Part shown: one piece after another, positions 63,376 through 64,000 of the stretch
Position numbering within the stretch: the stretch's first letter is position 1
How the letters are laid out: every line of letters begins with the position of its first letter
From: an uncultured cyanobacterium
GTDB taxonomy: Bacteria > Cyanobacteriota > Cyanobacteriia > Cyanobacteriales > Cyanobacteriaceae
Assembly: GCA_963749915.1 (NCBI GenBank)
Contig: CAVVOP010000019.1
Coordinates: 32,001 to 96,000, forward strand
Length of the DNA stretch: 64,000 nt
Direction: 5' to 3'
Notes under the pieces: model-generated
Told to the model about the DNA's origin: nothing
Database searches by the model: none
What the model saw: only the letters and a program-made list of their open reading frames with translations
Made by a program: the position numbers and the translations under genes

Positions 63376-63621
63376 ATGAAATCAGTAAATTATACGGAAT
63401 TCAGAAAAAATTTAGCTGGGTATCTGGATGAAGTAGAAAGCGATCGTATACCGTTAATTATTAGTCGGTCTAATGGCAGGCGTGCTGTGGTTATTAGCTT
63501 TGACGATTATATGGAAAATGAAGCAACTCTTTATCTAATGTCCAGTCGAGAAAATATCCGAGTCATTGATGAAGCGATCGTAGAATTAGAAAGTGGTGGA
63601 GGGATTGAAGTCGAAATTTGA
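63376..63621 (+). CDS. yefM: Phd/YefM-family antitoxin
   Basis: VNYTEFRKNLAGYLDEV...PLIISR...AVVISFDDY...ATLYLMSS; 4-nt overlap with the toxin gene. Confidence 0.93.
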   Translation: MKSVNYTEFRKNLAGYLDEVESDRIPLIISRSNGRRAVVISFDDYMENEATLYLMSSRENIRVIDEAIVELESGGGIEVEI

Positions 63622-63872
63622 AAATCAAATTTTCTACCTCTGCTTTTAAGGATTATCAGCAGTGGAAAAAAGATAACCAAAGGATATTTAAAAGAATTAA
63701 TCGGTTATTAGAAGATATCAAAAAATCTCCTTTTAATGGTATCGGCAACCCTGAACCCCTGAAATATAACTGGCAAGGATACTGGTCTAGACGAATTACT
63801 CAAGAACATCGCTTAGTCTATTCGGTTAAAGAAGATACTATTTTTGTGGTTCAATGCAAGTTTCATTATTAA
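63618..63872 (+). CDS. yoeB: Txe/YoeB-family toxin (TTG start)
   Basis: GIGNPEPLKYNWQGYWSRRITQEHRLVY...CKFHY. Confidence 0.95.
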   Translation: MKIKFSTSAFKDYQQWKKDNQRIFKRINRLLEDIKKSPFNGIGNPEPLKYNWQGYWSRRITQEHRLVYSVKEDTIFVVQCKFHY

Positions 63873-64000
63873 CAAAACCTGAGTGTGATTTTGGATTTTG
63901 CGCTGCTCCTCGCTTTGCTACGTGCGCGGCGGTTTTGGATTTTGGATTGGCAATTTACTAACGAGAGAATCAAGGTTTTAGCATTCCGTCGAACTAACTT

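Noticed and set aside
62065..63581. yefM duplication as a DGR template/variable repeat pair
   Set aside because: Differences include non-adenine substitutions and an indel, and no RT is present.

Overview
AT-rich chromosomal segment of a unicellular cyanobacterium. HIP1 octamers (GCGATCGC) are frequent, and the gene content and style suggest a Geminocystis/Cyanobacterium-like organism (inference). Most of the window is housekeeping: an RND efflux pair with divergent PadR, 5-oxoprolinase, dxs, menD, radA, pstSCAB plus a divergent second pstS with Pho boxes, crr6, gun4, cysC, cysteine desulfurase, hemA, gltB, def, cbiG-cobJ and a WecA/MraY-like gene. There are two accessory zones. (1) 28.15-32.2 kb is an IS graveyard with four nested levels: IS1634 remnant > IS5 > IS1634-derived MITE with 6-bp TSD > small insertions in split HIP1 sites. 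It also holds ISH3, ISAs1 and IS4 pieces. (2) 57.8-64 kb holds a glycosyltransferase, a Uma2 nuclease, a HIP1-containing 20-bp tandem array, a broken ISAzo13, MITEs and a methyltransferase remnant. It ends with an Rpn/DUF4351 gene that has a candidate internal antitoxin start and sits between two copies of a yefM promoter/operator unit whose ends fall at HIP1-like sites, followed by intact yefM-yoeB. The best leads are this Rpn/yefM module and repeated evidence that HIP1 acts as an insertion and recombination target. No rRNA, tRNA, CRISPR array or reverse transcriptase was recognised. All family calls come from motif recognition by eye, not from database searches.
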